This document shows, one piece after another, positions 7,745 to 16,824 of a DNA stretch of 64,000 nucleotides. Below the pieces are notes generated by a model, which saw only the letters and a list, made by a program, of their open reading frames with translations, was not told where the DNA came from and searched no databases. Source of the DNA: an uncultured virus (IMG/VR IMGVR_UViG_3300006917_000001) (Duplodnaviria; Heunggongvirae; Uroviricota; Caudoviricetes); IMG/VR virus record IMGVR_UViG_3300006917_000001, one strand, 5' to 3'. The number at the start of each line of letters is the position of its first letter. Within the stretch, counting starts at the first letter, position 1. Position numbers and translations under genes: made by a program.

Positions 7745-9316
7745 TTACTCATCAAACACAACTCCAAGAGACCGACGAACTGGTCCCCCATGAGCCTCCA
7801 TAATTTCCAAAAACTCTGCTGGCATCTGTTGTATTTCTTCTTTGGTAAGATCTGTCCCATCCAACACCAACTCGTCTTCGTCCATAAGCCGACGAGTCCC
7901 TGAATCCAACATGGCCATCGCCCGGGGCAGCATCAAAACAAGAGCCGTCCCAACATCGGCGTGACCCGTTTCGTCCGAAACAGCCTCCAGCCGAAGACCA
8001 TAACTCTTTTCCACAATATTAAATTTTCCAAAGTCAGCCCGAAGCCTCCCCTCTAAATCTTCGTAGCTCTCCAATCGCCGACTGGAAATAAGCGATTTCA
8101 ATGTATTCGCCATTTCATTAAGATTCTTACCCGAAAAGTTTACTTGCTCCGTTTGGACCCCCATGCGTGCGAGACGTTGCATCATGAGTTTAGCCTGATG
8201 CGGGTCGTAACAAAGCCTCTCCACCCGAAAATGCCGGCAGAGCTTTAAGCAAGAATTTTCAACATCAAGCAAATCTACTTCCCCCGTCTCGGCTGAGGGT
8301 TCCCACGCTCGAATTAACACCACTCGAATTAACTGGAGTCCATAATGAATTCCAGCGATTACGAAACCCGCATGATCATGGTTGACCCCAACATCTAGAC
8401 CAGCAATATACCTCCATTGGGGAATAGGTTTCGTAAGCTCCTTAAGTTCTGGTTTGAATATGGAATCAATGTCACCCTCGTCAAAGGCATCCCCTTTACC
8501 ACTAGCCCATTGCCCCCACCAAAGACGCTTATAACGGGAAGGGGGATTCCGTCTTCTAGCGTCTTCTAAACTGGATTTGGAATGCCAAGGGGCTGGCTTA
8601 TCCCAAATAAAAGTTCTCCAGTCTGGACTCGCTAAAGCGTTTTTGCGAAGAATTTCTGCTTTAGTCCCACGAAAACCAGCATTGGTCGCCAAAATAACGA
8701 CTCCATCTGGCACCCCATCCGCATTATCCAAAAGGTTTTCCACGAACTCCCACTTCGTAACGTGGCTCAATTCGTTGATCACCAAAAGATTAGGAGTTTC
8801 CCCGTGGGAACCCGCCACGTCCGCAGCAATGATATCAATTTCAGCCAAACCTCCCTTATGAATCACTTTATTGGCTTGGAGCTCAACAAACTGATCCAAC
8901 CACGGGTTCTGAAAAAGAATATCAGAAATACGACGTTTGATAATAGCGGCCTGATCCCGATCAGCCGCCCCAACTTGAATATAGAGTGGTTTCTGGGGGA
9001 AGCAAACCAACCAAAGCAATGAGGCTCCAATGTCCCCGTCTTTAGAAGCTTTCTTGGTACGCTCAATCCAAAAACGACGCAAAGGAGGCATTGTGCCATC
9101 CCGAACAGCGTGTAAAGAAGGAGCTAGACTGGCGAAGGTCTCCTGTTGAAAAGGAGCCAAGCAAGACCCCAAAAGACGGGGACCTTGACCAGAAGGAATT
9201 TTTAGACCTTGAATAAAGAGAGTAAAATCACGTGGACAAAAAGCCCGATAGGCTTTTTCCACTTTGATGGATTCTTCTTCCCAGTCTGTAAATTCAGTTT
9301 TCTTTTTTCCTGCCAT
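7745..9316 (-). CDS. terL: terminase large subunit
   Basis: LAPFQ adenine motif, variant Walker A and B (ERTKKASKD, LLVINE), ATNAG coupling motif, RNase H-like YIAGLDVG, YDPHQA, HADVG. Confidence 0.85.
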   Translation of the reverse strand: MAGKKKTEFTDWEEESIKVEKAYRAFCPRDFTLFIQGLKIPSGQGPRLLGSCLAPFQQETFASLAPSLHAVRDGTMPPLRRFWIERTKKASKDGDIGASLLWLVCFPQKPLYIQVGAADRDQAAIIKRRISDILFQNPWLDQFVELQANKVIHKGGLAEIDIIAADVAGSHGETPNLLVINELSHVTKWEFVENLLDNADGVPDGVVILATNAGFRGTKAEILRKNALASPDWRTFIWDKPAPWHSKSSLEDARRRNPPSRYKRLWWGQWASGKGDAFDEGDIDSIFKPELKELTKPIPQWRYIAGLDVGVNHDHAGFVIAGIHYGLQLIRVVLIRAWEPSAETGEVDLLDVENSCLKLCRHFRVERLCYDPHQAKLMMQRLARMGVQTEQVNFSGKNLNEMANTLKSLISSRRLESYEDLEGRLRADFGKFNIVEKSYGLRLEAVSDETGHADVGTALVLMLPRAMAMLDSGTRRLMDEDELVLDGTDLTKEEIQQMPAEFLEIMEAHGGPVRRSLGVVFDE

Positions 9317-9325
9317 AGAATGCTA

Positions 9326-9356
9326 CAAAAAAAGGGACCGGATCTCTCCGGTCCCC
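9326..9356 (-). terminator. intrinsic terminator
   Basis: GGGACCGGA-GAGA-TCCGGTCCC followed by a T-run on the minus strand. Confidence 0.7.
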
Positions 9357-9453
9357 TCTGACTAGCTGAGGAAACACTACAACTAGTCAACACACAACAA
9401 CAGGAAACAACACCCACCTCCTCGGAACCGGACTTTTCCAAATTACCAACGCT

Positions 9454-9993
9454 TTAACGTCGGGACAATCGGACTCTGGAAAACGACCGAACCCGAACCC
9501 GTGTAGAAGAACGGACATTCGAAAATCCAAGACCCCAATCCACCCCACTATGGGCCTGAGCATGAATGCTCACAGCATGTCCCCCACTGTACCCGAAACC
9601 CACGCAAGGGGCACCGCACAGGAGATTTGCATTGTGACCACCACTCCTGATCCACATCTGAATGGAGCCAACCGGGTCAGAGCCAATCGCCACATTCTCG
9701 TTGACTCCCCACGAACTATGACGCATTACCCCAGCGGAAGCATTTGCTTCTGCCAAGCGTTGGGCTTGCCGGCAGAGCCCTAGATCCAAAACCTGCCGAA
9801 CCAAACCATGCCGCTCCCGATGTTGGCAATGGAGTTCGTACATCGTCTGGATTTCTTGGGTAACGCACTCGCACTTCTCTTTGGGGCATTGGCAAGCCTG
9901 TTCTTGTTTCTTGCAGCCACAAGAAGGTTCCGCGGCTCCCAAGACACTAGCCCAACAAATCCCCATGCCCACCAACAAAGATCGAAACATCAT
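9454..9993 (-). CDS. secreted CAP (SCP/Tpx-1/Ag5/PR-1) domain protein
   Basis: Signal peptide, Cys-rich linker, MRHS..ENVAIG..MWIRSGGHNANLL. Confidence 0.8.
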   Translation of the reverse strand: MMFRSLLVGMGICWASVLGAAEPSCGCKKQEQACQCPKEKCECVTQEIQTMYELHCQHRERHGLVRQVLDLGLCRQAQRLAEANASAGVMRHSSWGVNENVAIGSDPVGSIQMWIRSGGHNANLLCGAPCVGFGYSGGHAVSIHAQAHSGVDWGLGFSNVRSSTRVRVRSFSRVRLSRR

Positions 9994-10015
9994 CCATCCT
10001 CCAAAAAGTAACGTC

Positions 10016-10225
10016 CTAATCGGTAGACTCACACGACGAGCCCAACCGGAACAACACAAAAAACAAGAAGAAGCTAAGCGCCCCAAGAGAGATCAAAAGG
10101 TAACCAGCCAACAAGTAATCCTGTTCCACTGCACTGTCACGAACCACAAGACCGCCATAATAGGCATGGGTAAGAAAAGGACTCGCAAACAACACTTTCC
10201 AAAATCTCATCACTAAAACCTCCAT
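10016..10225 (-). CDS. small membrane protein
   Basis: Two hydrophobic segments. Confidence 0.45.
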   Translation of the reverse strand: MEVLVMRFWKVLFASPFLTHAYYGGLVVRDSAVEQDYLLAGYLLISLGALSFFLFFVLFRLGSSCESTD

Positions 10226-10401
10226 GAAAAATTCTTTGGACGGCTAGTGGGGCTTCCCAACCGTCCAAAGAAAGCCAAATGTGGAATTGTCGATTCTATT
10301 TCTGTGTGTAACCTCCCAGCTGTGCGTCTATTGGATGAGATAGTAATTGCCCCAGCGTAGACAACCAATGGCCCTACGCAAGCCACGAGTCTTCCAAGCT
10401 C

Positions 10402-10635
10402 TTACGATGTGGGCGATGGAGCCTCGCAAAAATGACCACCCGTTGGTCTTGGGTTACCCGGAACCACGTACAGAATACTCGTCCCCACAGTAATCGGTCG
10501 GCCTTCTTTGTCAAAAACCGCCAGATTAACGCAAGTATCGCTCCAAACGCAGACCACCAACCCAAGCAGAGCCGAATGGGGCTCCGGCTTCCCCGGCGGA
10601 TAATAGTGAACAGTTTGACCAAGAAATGGTTTCAC
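10402..10635 (-). CDS. hypothetical protein
   Basis: P.LGQTVHY...VNLAVFD pattern typical of small phage proteins. Confidence 0.6.
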   Translation of the reverse strand: MKPFLGQTVHYYPPGKPEPHSALLGLVVCVWSDTCVNLAVFDKEGRPITVGTSILYVVPGNPRPTGGHFCEAPSPTS

Positions 10636-10675
10636 TTTTGTTTCCTTAAACGATCAAAAGGAATTGGTGTAAACA

Positions 10676-10709
10676 GAGAAAGCCTGGAGGAGCGACCTCC
10701 AGGCTTTCT
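10676..10709 (-). terminator. 14-bp hairpin terminator
   Basis: AGAAAGCCTGGAGG / CCTCCAGGCTTTCT. Confidence 0.65.
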
Positions 10710-11009
10710 TGCGTTCTTCAAAGCGTCCCAAAGCTATGTCGACCTTAACCTGGAACCACCCCTAAGAACTTGGCAGTGTACGTGAGAAGCCATTTTTGCT
10801 CCCCACGAACTGCTGCCGGCCGCGCCGACGACGTTCACTGGCAAATAATATGGAGAGGGGAAACGATTTGGCTGGTTTTCATAATTAACCTCCTTTCTGC
10901 TACTTCTACCTTGGGTTTGAGAAAAGGCACCCTTTTTTTCAGGGCGAGATTTAGGATCACCCCCTTTCAACGCAAGTTGAGCTGAGGCATCTTAAACTCC
11001 TTTGGCCTT

Positions 11010-11038
11010 ATGCTAACACATTCGGACCTGAGTTGCAA
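11010..11038 (-). promoter_or_regulatory. sigma70-type promoter with extended -10
   Basis: TTGCAA-N17-(TGn)TAGCAT. Confidence 0.55.
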
Positions 11039-11045
11039 AACAAAC

Positions 11046-11438
11046 TCACCCCACCAACCGATGAATCATTTGATTCCGAACCGGGTTGAAACTCAAATCA
11101 ATTTCCCAAACGTCGGAGCCGTCCTGGACTTCACGCATGGGACCCACTGCCTGAATACGTGTTCCGTCCAAGGACTCCAAACAATTGGGGGAGCTCACGT
11201 ACATATCGGCCAGCCAAGAAGGGCGACAACCAATTCCGTTGAGGTATTGCATTAACTCGTTACAGACCACCACTGTATTGCGCCAAGAATCATTAGAATT
11301 GGCGCCAACAGGACCTTCCACTACGTACCAGGGGGAAGTGCCAAATCGCCCGGAGACTTTAATTCCCAAACGATCTCCTGGCAAAGACACCACCTTCCAA
11401 ACTGGAACGGATACCTCAGACTTGAGTTGCCCACCCAT
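11046..11438 (-). CDS. hypothetical protein
   Basis: Start MGGQL after AGGAGGT SD. Confidence 0.6.
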   Translation of the reverse strand: MGGQLKSEVSVPVWKVVSLPGDRLGIKVSGRFGTSPWYVVEGPVGANSNDSWRNTVVVCNELMQYLNGIGCRPSWLADMYVSSPNCLESLDGTRIQAVGPMREVQDGSDVWEIDLSFNPVRNQMIHRLVG

Positions 11439-11521
11439 AATCCACCTCCTAATCACCTTTCGAAAAAGAAAGGAAGACAGGAGTAAGTATATCACAAGTT
11501 CCAAACAAAACAAGGAGACCA

Positions 11522-11797
11522 CTACAAAATAGCGGTGAGAGTTTTCCCATGATCCACCCGCAATGGAGTACCACAACCAGGACATTTGACTCCTCCATTC
11601 TTTTTCGTGACTTCCAAGTAATTGCCGCAGGCTGGACAATGTCCGGAAGTGCGGTAAGAAATGGCTATGGTCACCAACAACAAAGTCAAGATCCAAAGAG
11701 GTGGAAACAAGAAACCCACAAGACCAGTCAACATAGCCAAAAACAGACTAAACAGTCTTGTAAAGAATCCCATACGTCGCAAAGGGGTTCGTAACAT
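11522..11797 (-). CDS. membrane protein with C-terminal zinc ribbon
   Basis: Two TM helices plus CPAC and CPGC. Confidence 0.6.
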   Translation of the reverse strand: MLRTPLRRMGFFTRLFSLFLAMLTGLVGFLFPPLWILTLLLVTIAISYRTSGHCPACGNYLEVTKKNGGVKCPGCGTPLRVDHGKTLTAIL

Positions 11798-11809
11798 GGC
11801 AACACTTCC

Positions 11810-12625
11810 CTATCCAAAGCGGGAGTTATCGCCCATCATTGGAGGGGCGAGGCGTGAAGAAATCGACTGCTGGTACCGTTCCAACGTATAGTAACCAAAA
11901 AGCTCAGAAAGCCCCAACATACCTTTCGTGTTAATCACACTATTGGGGTCCGACGGATCTTCAGACGAAGGCATGGCCTTGAGTATATGCCCAGTTTCAT
12001 CACCCATTTCACCATCCGCGTAAAATTGGAACGGAGTGGGGCTCACAAACGTACCATCAAAAACTTCCGTAATCACAGGCACTCGGCTCATAGGGTCTGG
12101 AAGCGCCAAGTTATTCCAACAGGCTGACTCCACAAGCAGAGTGGGGATCATTGCAATGTCGCCTCCTGTTTTTTCTTCAATGGCCCCAAACTGAGTGGCC
12201 ACGAAAATCATGGGACAGTAACCCATTTTTACGAGGTGTTTCGCCAGCCGAATCATGGTCAGGGTGGACTGTTCTGCCGTGTCAAAGTTAATGTCCACAC
12301 CATCTGCGTCTTCATGGTCTGGAGCCAGCGGGAAAAATGTGATCACCCGCATATCAAATCGACGCCACTTTTCCACGCCAAGGGCCTTGTGCTCAGGACA
12401 AGAAGGAACGACTTCTTTTGCATACAACTCCTCCACAGTAAGGAGTGGAACACACCCCACAGAAAGGATATTGAGTGGGGAGGAAGAGCCTTTGTCGTGG
12501 AGCTCCTTTAAGAATGCAACCGTTTTTTGGACCATCCGTTGTCGAAATTGCTGGAGCTGCTGAGTCACAACTTGATCAATGGAAAGATTCGACCATTGGC
12601 TGGTGTCTTTTGGCAGTTCGCTCAT
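11810..12625 (-). CDS. hypothetical protein
   Basis: 271-aa ORF with GGAGG SD. Confidence 0.65.
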   Translation of the reverse strand: MSELPKDTSQWSNLSIDQVVTQQLQQFRQRMVQKTVAFLKELHDKGSSSPLNILSVGCVPLLTVEELYAKEVVPSCPEHKALGVEKWRRFDMRVITFFPLAPDHEDADGVDINFDTAEQSTLTMIRLAKHLVKMGYCPMIFVATQFGAIEEKTGGDIAMIPTLLVESACWNNLALPDPMSRVPVITEVFDGTFVSPTPFQFYADGEMGDETGHILKAMPSSEDPSDPNSVINTKGMLGLSELFGYYTLERYQQSISSRLAPPMMGDNSRFG

Positions 12626-12695
12626 TTCTTATCCTCCTTCTTTTCTTGGTGGCCTAACCTAACTCACAACCATGTTCGGAACTGGCCCGCGAAAC

Positions 12696-13487
12696 TTAAA
12701 CAGAAATTGGCGCCTGAATAAAGGGATAGGGATCGTAATCAAAAAACTCAATATCCGAAAACTGAAAATCAAAAATGGATTCCCGGTTCTTTAGCTTTAA
12801 GACAGGCAGAGGTTTTGGAGTTCTCTCCAATTGCTTCCAAGCCTGAGCCAAATGATTACAGTAGAGATGAATATTCCCAAAAGCAAACCGCAGCCGAGCC
12901 GGGGCCAATCCGCAGACCTTGGCGATCATGTGCGTGAGCAGAGCGTAAGAGGCGATATTAAACGGAACCCCAAGAAAAACGTCGGCACTCCGCTGATACA
13001 CTTGGCAAGACAAGTCGCCATCGTACACGTCAAACTGGAATAAGAGATGGCAGGGTGGCAAATGCATCTGTTCCAACTGGCCCACGTTCCAAGCACTTAC
13101 CACGAGCCGGCGACTGTTGGGGTCCTCCTTAATTCGCTTTATGACGTCTGCTATCTGGTCAATGTACTTCCCCTCGAGCGTTGGCCAACTTCGCCATTGG
13201 ACCCCGTAAACAGGACCTAGCTCGCCATCGCTATCTGCCCATTGGTCCCAAATCCGAACCCCGTTTTCTTGGAGGTAAGCGATATTGGAGCTCCCTTGCA
13301 AAAACCACAAGAGCTCGTGAACTATTGCCGGGATGATCATTTTCTTAGTGGTTAAGAGTGGAAAGCCTTCCCGCAAATCAATATCTAATGCCTCCCCAAA
13401 TAACCGAAGAGCCCCTGTCCCAGTTCGGTCCATTTGGTAGCAGCCCTGAGTCGTTACCTTATACAGCAAATCCAAGTAAGAACGCAT
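12696..13487 (-). CDS. thyA: thymidylate synthase
   Basis: DRTGTG, FPLLTTKK, ELLWF, LGPVYG, LPPCH, YQRSADVFLGVPFN. Confidence 0.97.
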   Translation of the reverse strand: MRSYLDLLYKVTTQGCYQMDRTGTGALRLFGEALDIDLREGFPLLTTKKMIIPAIVHELLWFLQGSSNIAYLQENGVRIWDQWADSDGELGPVYGVQWRSWPTLEGKYIDQIADVIKRIKEDPNSRRLVVSAWNVGQLEQMHLPPCHLLFQFDVYDGDLSCQVYQRSADVFLGVPFNIASYALLTHMIAKVCGLAPARLRFAFGNIHLYCNHLAQAWKQLERTPKPLPVLKLKNRESIFDFQFSDIEFFDYDPYPFIQAPISV

Positions 13488-13492
13488 TTATT

Positions 13493-13789
13493 TTACTCCG
13501 AAAAATGAATACAGTGTTTTCGCTCACAACGAGCGTGAAAATGATTGTTTTCTGGGGAGAAGACAAACCGCAATACTTGCCCACAAAGGGGACAGGACAT
13601 CTCCCCATGTTTTAGCTTCCGAAGAGTGGCTATTTCTTTCGCCACGGCGAACCCCAACACCAGGACCTCCACTAAGAGGTCTTGAACTTTCTTTTCTACC
13701 TTAGTAGTCACTCTTCTTAATCCTGGCATGGGAGTAATCTGATACCTATGTGGAATTGATTTTGGGTCGTCCGGCACACCCAACCTCAC
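13493..13789 (-). CDS. zinc-finger hypothetical protein
   Basis: CPLC...H..C...C. Confidence 0.5.
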   Translation of the reverse strand: MRLGVPDDPKSIPHRYQITPMPGLRRVTTKVEKKVQDLLVEVLVLGFAVAKEIATLRKLKHGEMSCPLCGQVLRFVFSPENNHFHARCERKHCIHFSE

Positions 13790-14223
13790 CTAGAAAAATG
13801 TTCTGGGTAGAGCCGGCGATTAACGTCAATGGACAACCAGCTCGTCACGTAAAATTCCACACCGGAGGTGAAACGGTGAGAAAACTCCTTAAGGTCCAGA
13901 ACAGGGGTAAACCGCTCCCGTGAGACGTTGCGGTCGTACTCGTGCTCTGCGGGGTCCTGGCCCCAGTACACAAGGCTAGAATAATCGTGGCCCGCCCAAT
14001 TGGAAATGCACCACTCCCTCCCTTGGTAGAGAACACGGCTGCCGAGCTGAACCCGCCACAAAGAGTTCCAGCCAACACGAAACGCTTTGCAACAGTAAAC
14101 AAAGGTCCAGAAAAAACGAAGGAGCCTCAATTTCCAAGGCTCCTCCAAATTTCTAGCGTTCTCCCATTGGATAATTGGAATGTTTTTGAGCACCCACCAA
14201 AACCGACTCCATATCAACCACAT
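13786..14223 (-). CDS. hypothetical protein
   Basis: Coupled ORF. Confidence 0.5.
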   Translation of the reverse strand: MWLIWSRFWWVLKNIPIIQWENARNLEEPWKLRLLRFFWTFVYCCKAFRVGWNSLWRVQLGSRVLYQGREWCISNWAGHDYSSLVYWGQDPAEHEYDRNVSRERFTPVLDLKEFSHRFTSGVEFYVTSWLSIDVNRRLYPEHFSR

Positions 14224-14225
14224 CG

Positions 14226-14495
14226 TTAAATCCCATCCCCAAAGAGTCCTTGCATTCTAACTGCCCGAACCTCCCGATAATCCAAAACGTCCCCTGGAGC
14301 CCACACGATTTTACACGTAGGACAACGCATCTCGTGGTCATACTCATAACCAGCCCTCCACTTCCCATACTTACGGCATAAGGGACAGTAGGTTGCCGGC
14401 CAACTGGCGTCCTGTTTATGGGCTGGATGAACGTCTTGCCACTGGGTTTCGTCCATAGGGTTATAGGTAGTCATCTTCGTCCTCGTCGTCATCAA
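14226..14495 (-). CDS. zinc-ribbon hypothetical protein
   Basis: CPLC/CPTC; start uncertain. Confidence 0.5.
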   Translation of the reverse strand: MMTTRTKMTTYNPMDETQWQDVHPAHKQDASWPATYCPLCRKYGKWRAGYEYDHEMRCPTCKIVWAPGDVLDYREVRAVRMQGLFGDGI

Positions 14496-14754
14496 TCACA
14501 CTGGAAGCAAGTCTGTCCAACACAAACGAAATGTTTTGGAGCTGTTCTTCCACTTTTTGAATTTGGTGGATTTGTTGTTTGGTGAGCTGATTCCGCTCTT
14601 CCAACAACACCTGAGTAACCCGGTTGTTCTCCAAAGTTTCCTCACGTGCCCCCTTGTTCGTGAGTCCAAGCATCCAGCCAAGACTAATCCCAGTAACAAT
14701 GGCACCGAAACTAACTCCAATGCCCCAAATCAAAGCGTCCAACAAAACTGCCAT
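14461..14754 (-). CDS. TM plus coiled-coil protein
   Basis: N-terminal TM, acidic tail, AAGGA SD. Confidence 0.55.
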   Translation of the reverse strand: MAVLLDALIWGIGVSFGAIVTGISLGWMLGLTNKGAREETLENNRVTQVLLEERNQLTKQQIHQIQKVEEQLQNISFVLDRLASSVIDDDEDEDDYL

Positions 14755-14819
14755 CTTGTTTCCTTTCTAAAAGTTCTGTTCCCACAAACAACACAAATTT
14801 CCCGCCACCAATATCGTAG

Positions 14820-15029
14820 TTAGCTGTCGGCGTCCAAAATAAAAGCCAGAAATTTCCGCCCTTTGTAAGTCACCTCCCGAACAGAAAAATCATCATCAAA
14901 AACGGGAATAAGCTGCCCTTCCCACTCAAAAAAACAGGGGAGATCCCCGGCCTCCCCTCGCGTCTTTTCCACTTGTTGTTGTAGCTCTTGAACCGTGAGT
15001 TGTTTCGATGACACTGGCATTAAAAACAC
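14820..15029 (-). CDS. hypothetical protein
   Basis: Small coupled ORF. Confidence 0.45.
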   Translation of the reverse strand: MFLMPVSSKQLTVQELQQQVEKTRGEAGDLPCFFEWEGQLIPVFDDDFSVREVTYKGRKFLAFILDADS

Positions 15030-15031
15030 TC

Positions 15032-15310
15032 CTACAAAAAAGTATCAGACCACTTATCGCAAACGTCTTCCGAATCCACAACCCGCTCCGCCCACACTTT
15101 GTCGTAAGCATCCCCTTCTAGTATTCCAACTTCTACTCCGTCCAAATAAACATGCGGAGCGGTAACAGGGTACTCACTTTGCCCGTGGATTTCAATTTTA
15201 TCCCCATAAAAGCAAAGCAAATCCAACTTATAGGCAACCAATTTGGAGAACACACAAGAACCACAACACCGGACATGGGATTGCTCGTGGTGAGTTACTG
15301 GTCGTGTCAT
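15032..15310 (-). CDS. Cys-containing hypothetical protein
   Basis: CCGSC...C...CD.W; ATGA coupling. Confidence 0.5.
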   Translation of the reverse strand: MTRPVTHHEQSHVRCCGSCVFSKLVAYKLDLLCFYGDKIEIHGQSEYPVTAPHVYLDGVEVGILEGDAYDKVWAERVVDSEDVCDKWSDTFL

Positions 15311-15525
15311 TCTTCTCCCCTGCCATACCCAAACCATTTTCTAGCCATCTGTACTGCCTGTCGTCTCGCTAACTCACGAACCGTGAGAATCCTCTTGTTC
15401 TCTTCCGGTGTCGGATCGCACGTCCCGCCGCACTGGTAGCAGACCACGCGACAGAAACATGATTGCGTTTCTTTCCATGTCGCAACTCGCTGGGCGCCAC
15501 ATCGGCGGCAGATGTAATCCATCAT
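15307..15525 (-). CDS. zinc-ribbon hypothetical protein
   Basis: CRRC/CYQC, GGAGG SD. Confidence 0.5.
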   Translation of the reverse strand: MMDYICRRCGAQRVATWKETQSCFCRVVCYQCGGTCDPTPEENKRILTVRELARRQAVQMARKWFGYGRGEE

Positions 15526-15539
15526 TCGTTCGCCTCCGT

Positions 15540-15992
15540 TCAGGCTTTCTTTTTGTCGAGAAACCTGTCGAGACCTTCCGCAACGCACTTATCCACAGCC
15601 TTCTTGACTGCGGAGATGATGGTGTGATCCATCATTGCCTTGACGGAATCGCTCTCAAGGTATTGCTTCACGGCCTCGCACACCAAAGAGTCTGTTGCCG
15701 ACTTGATGGACGCCATAACCTCAGGACGCAGGGTAAACTTGGAGCCCCAACTGGCGTTGTTCCAGTTTCCAAGTTGTTGCTCGATAACCTGACGAGCGAT
15801 TCCCCTGGCTTCGCCAATCGCTCGGTCCACTTCTTTCTGCATCTGCGATTTAATTTCAGGGGTGAGCAAGGCCTCCGAATACTTCTCCCGAATCGCCTTC
15901 ACTGCGGCATGGGATAGCTCGATCATAGCTTCGGGATCTGCTTCCAGAAGCCTTTCTAGAACGGGAACGGTTAAGCGAATTGTAATAGTCAT
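15540..15992 (-). CDS. helical hypothetical protein (intact paralog A)
   Basis: Clear paralog of 16825-17267. Confidence 0.7.
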   Translation of the reverse strand: MTITIRLTVPVLERLLEADPEAMIELSHAAVKAIREKYSEALLTPEIKSQMQKEVDRAIGEARGIARQVIEQQLGNWNNASWGSKFTLRPEVMASIKSATDSLVCEAVKQYLESDSVKAMMDHTIISAVKKAVDKCVAEGLDRFLDKKKA

Positions 15993-16282
15993 TCCTGCGG
16001 CCCCTTTCTCGTTGGCTTGCGAGTGTCTATCCTTTTAAGAATCTCACCAGCGATTTCATCATCGGTCGAGTTCTTGAATGGGTTTGGTTCTGCGGCATTT
16101 CGCACAGCAAGAATATATTCCTCAGTTTGAGCCATCGCTTTCTTCACGAGTTCATTACTTTTACTTTCTGGTTTTCCGAGGTTTGCAAGGAAGCCAATAG
16201 CGTCCGCAATTCCTCCGTTATCAGGTATCGCAAGCTTGGATAAAACCAGATTTTGCAATTTGACTTTATTGGAAATCATCAC
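15989..16282 (-). CDS. hypothetical protein
   Basis: Coupled ORF. Confidence 0.55.
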   Translation of the reverse strand: MMISNKVKLQNLVLSKLAIPDNGGIADAIGFLANLGKPESKSNELVKKAMAQTEEYILAVRNAAEPNPFKNSTDDEIAGEILKRIDTRKPTRKGPQE

Positions 16283-16596
16283 TTCCCCTCCAAAAACTTG
16301 CGGACACGACTATGCCAGGATGCTTCTCCAAATGTTATGTTGACTTCATTATCTAGCCGCTTTTGGATTCGATGATAATGCTCCCGCAGCAACTCCACCG
16401 CTTCTTCGAGTGCTTTCGCTGTTTCACGGGATTTCGCCATTACCACGGCATCTTCGTAAGTTCCCTCTTGCATCCACGCAATTGCGTCCACCACATCATC
16501 TTCGTGGGGTGTTATCGCAATTCCTTGTGGCCCATTTCCAAATTCGTCTTGTTGGGACGTGTCTACAACAACATGCCACGGAACAAATGCACTCAT
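16279..16596 (-). CDS. hypothetical protein
   Basis: GGAGG SD, coupled ORF. Confidence 0.5.
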   Translation of the reverse strand: MSAFVPWHVVVDTSQQDEFGNGPQGIAITPHEDDVVDAIAWMQEGTYEDAVVMAKSRETAKALEEAVELLREHYHRIQKRLDNEVNITFGEASWHSRVRKFLEGK

Positions 16597-16600
16597 GACC

Positions 16601-16804
16601 CTACCTCCCAAAGTCTGTACGGCGGATGCGAATAGTGTAGAGATAAATTAGCTCCCGAATGGAGCTGTCGGGGTAAACATCAATACGGACCCCATTGTGG
16701 AGAAAGAAACCACTCCTCCAATTGAACTGCCGCAACAAACGAATCGCCTCCTCCCCACGAGAGGTTACTGTTCCGTGGGTCGCAATTTTTGAGGTTAAAT
16801 CCAT
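16601..16804 (-). CDS. hypothetical protein
   Basis: GAGG SD. Confidence 0.45.
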   Translation of the reverse strand: MDLTSKIATHGTVTSRGEEAIRLLRQFNWRSGFFLHNGVRIDVYPDSSIRELIYLYTIRIRRTDFGR

Positions 16805-16824
16805 AAACGCCTCAACCCCGCTAC

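Noticed and set aside
10745..10882. Selenoprotein (C-Q-UGA plus SECIS)
   Set aside because: The hairpin loop lies only about 11 nt after UGA, there are no sel genes, and the product has no recognisable fold; kept only as a minor alternative
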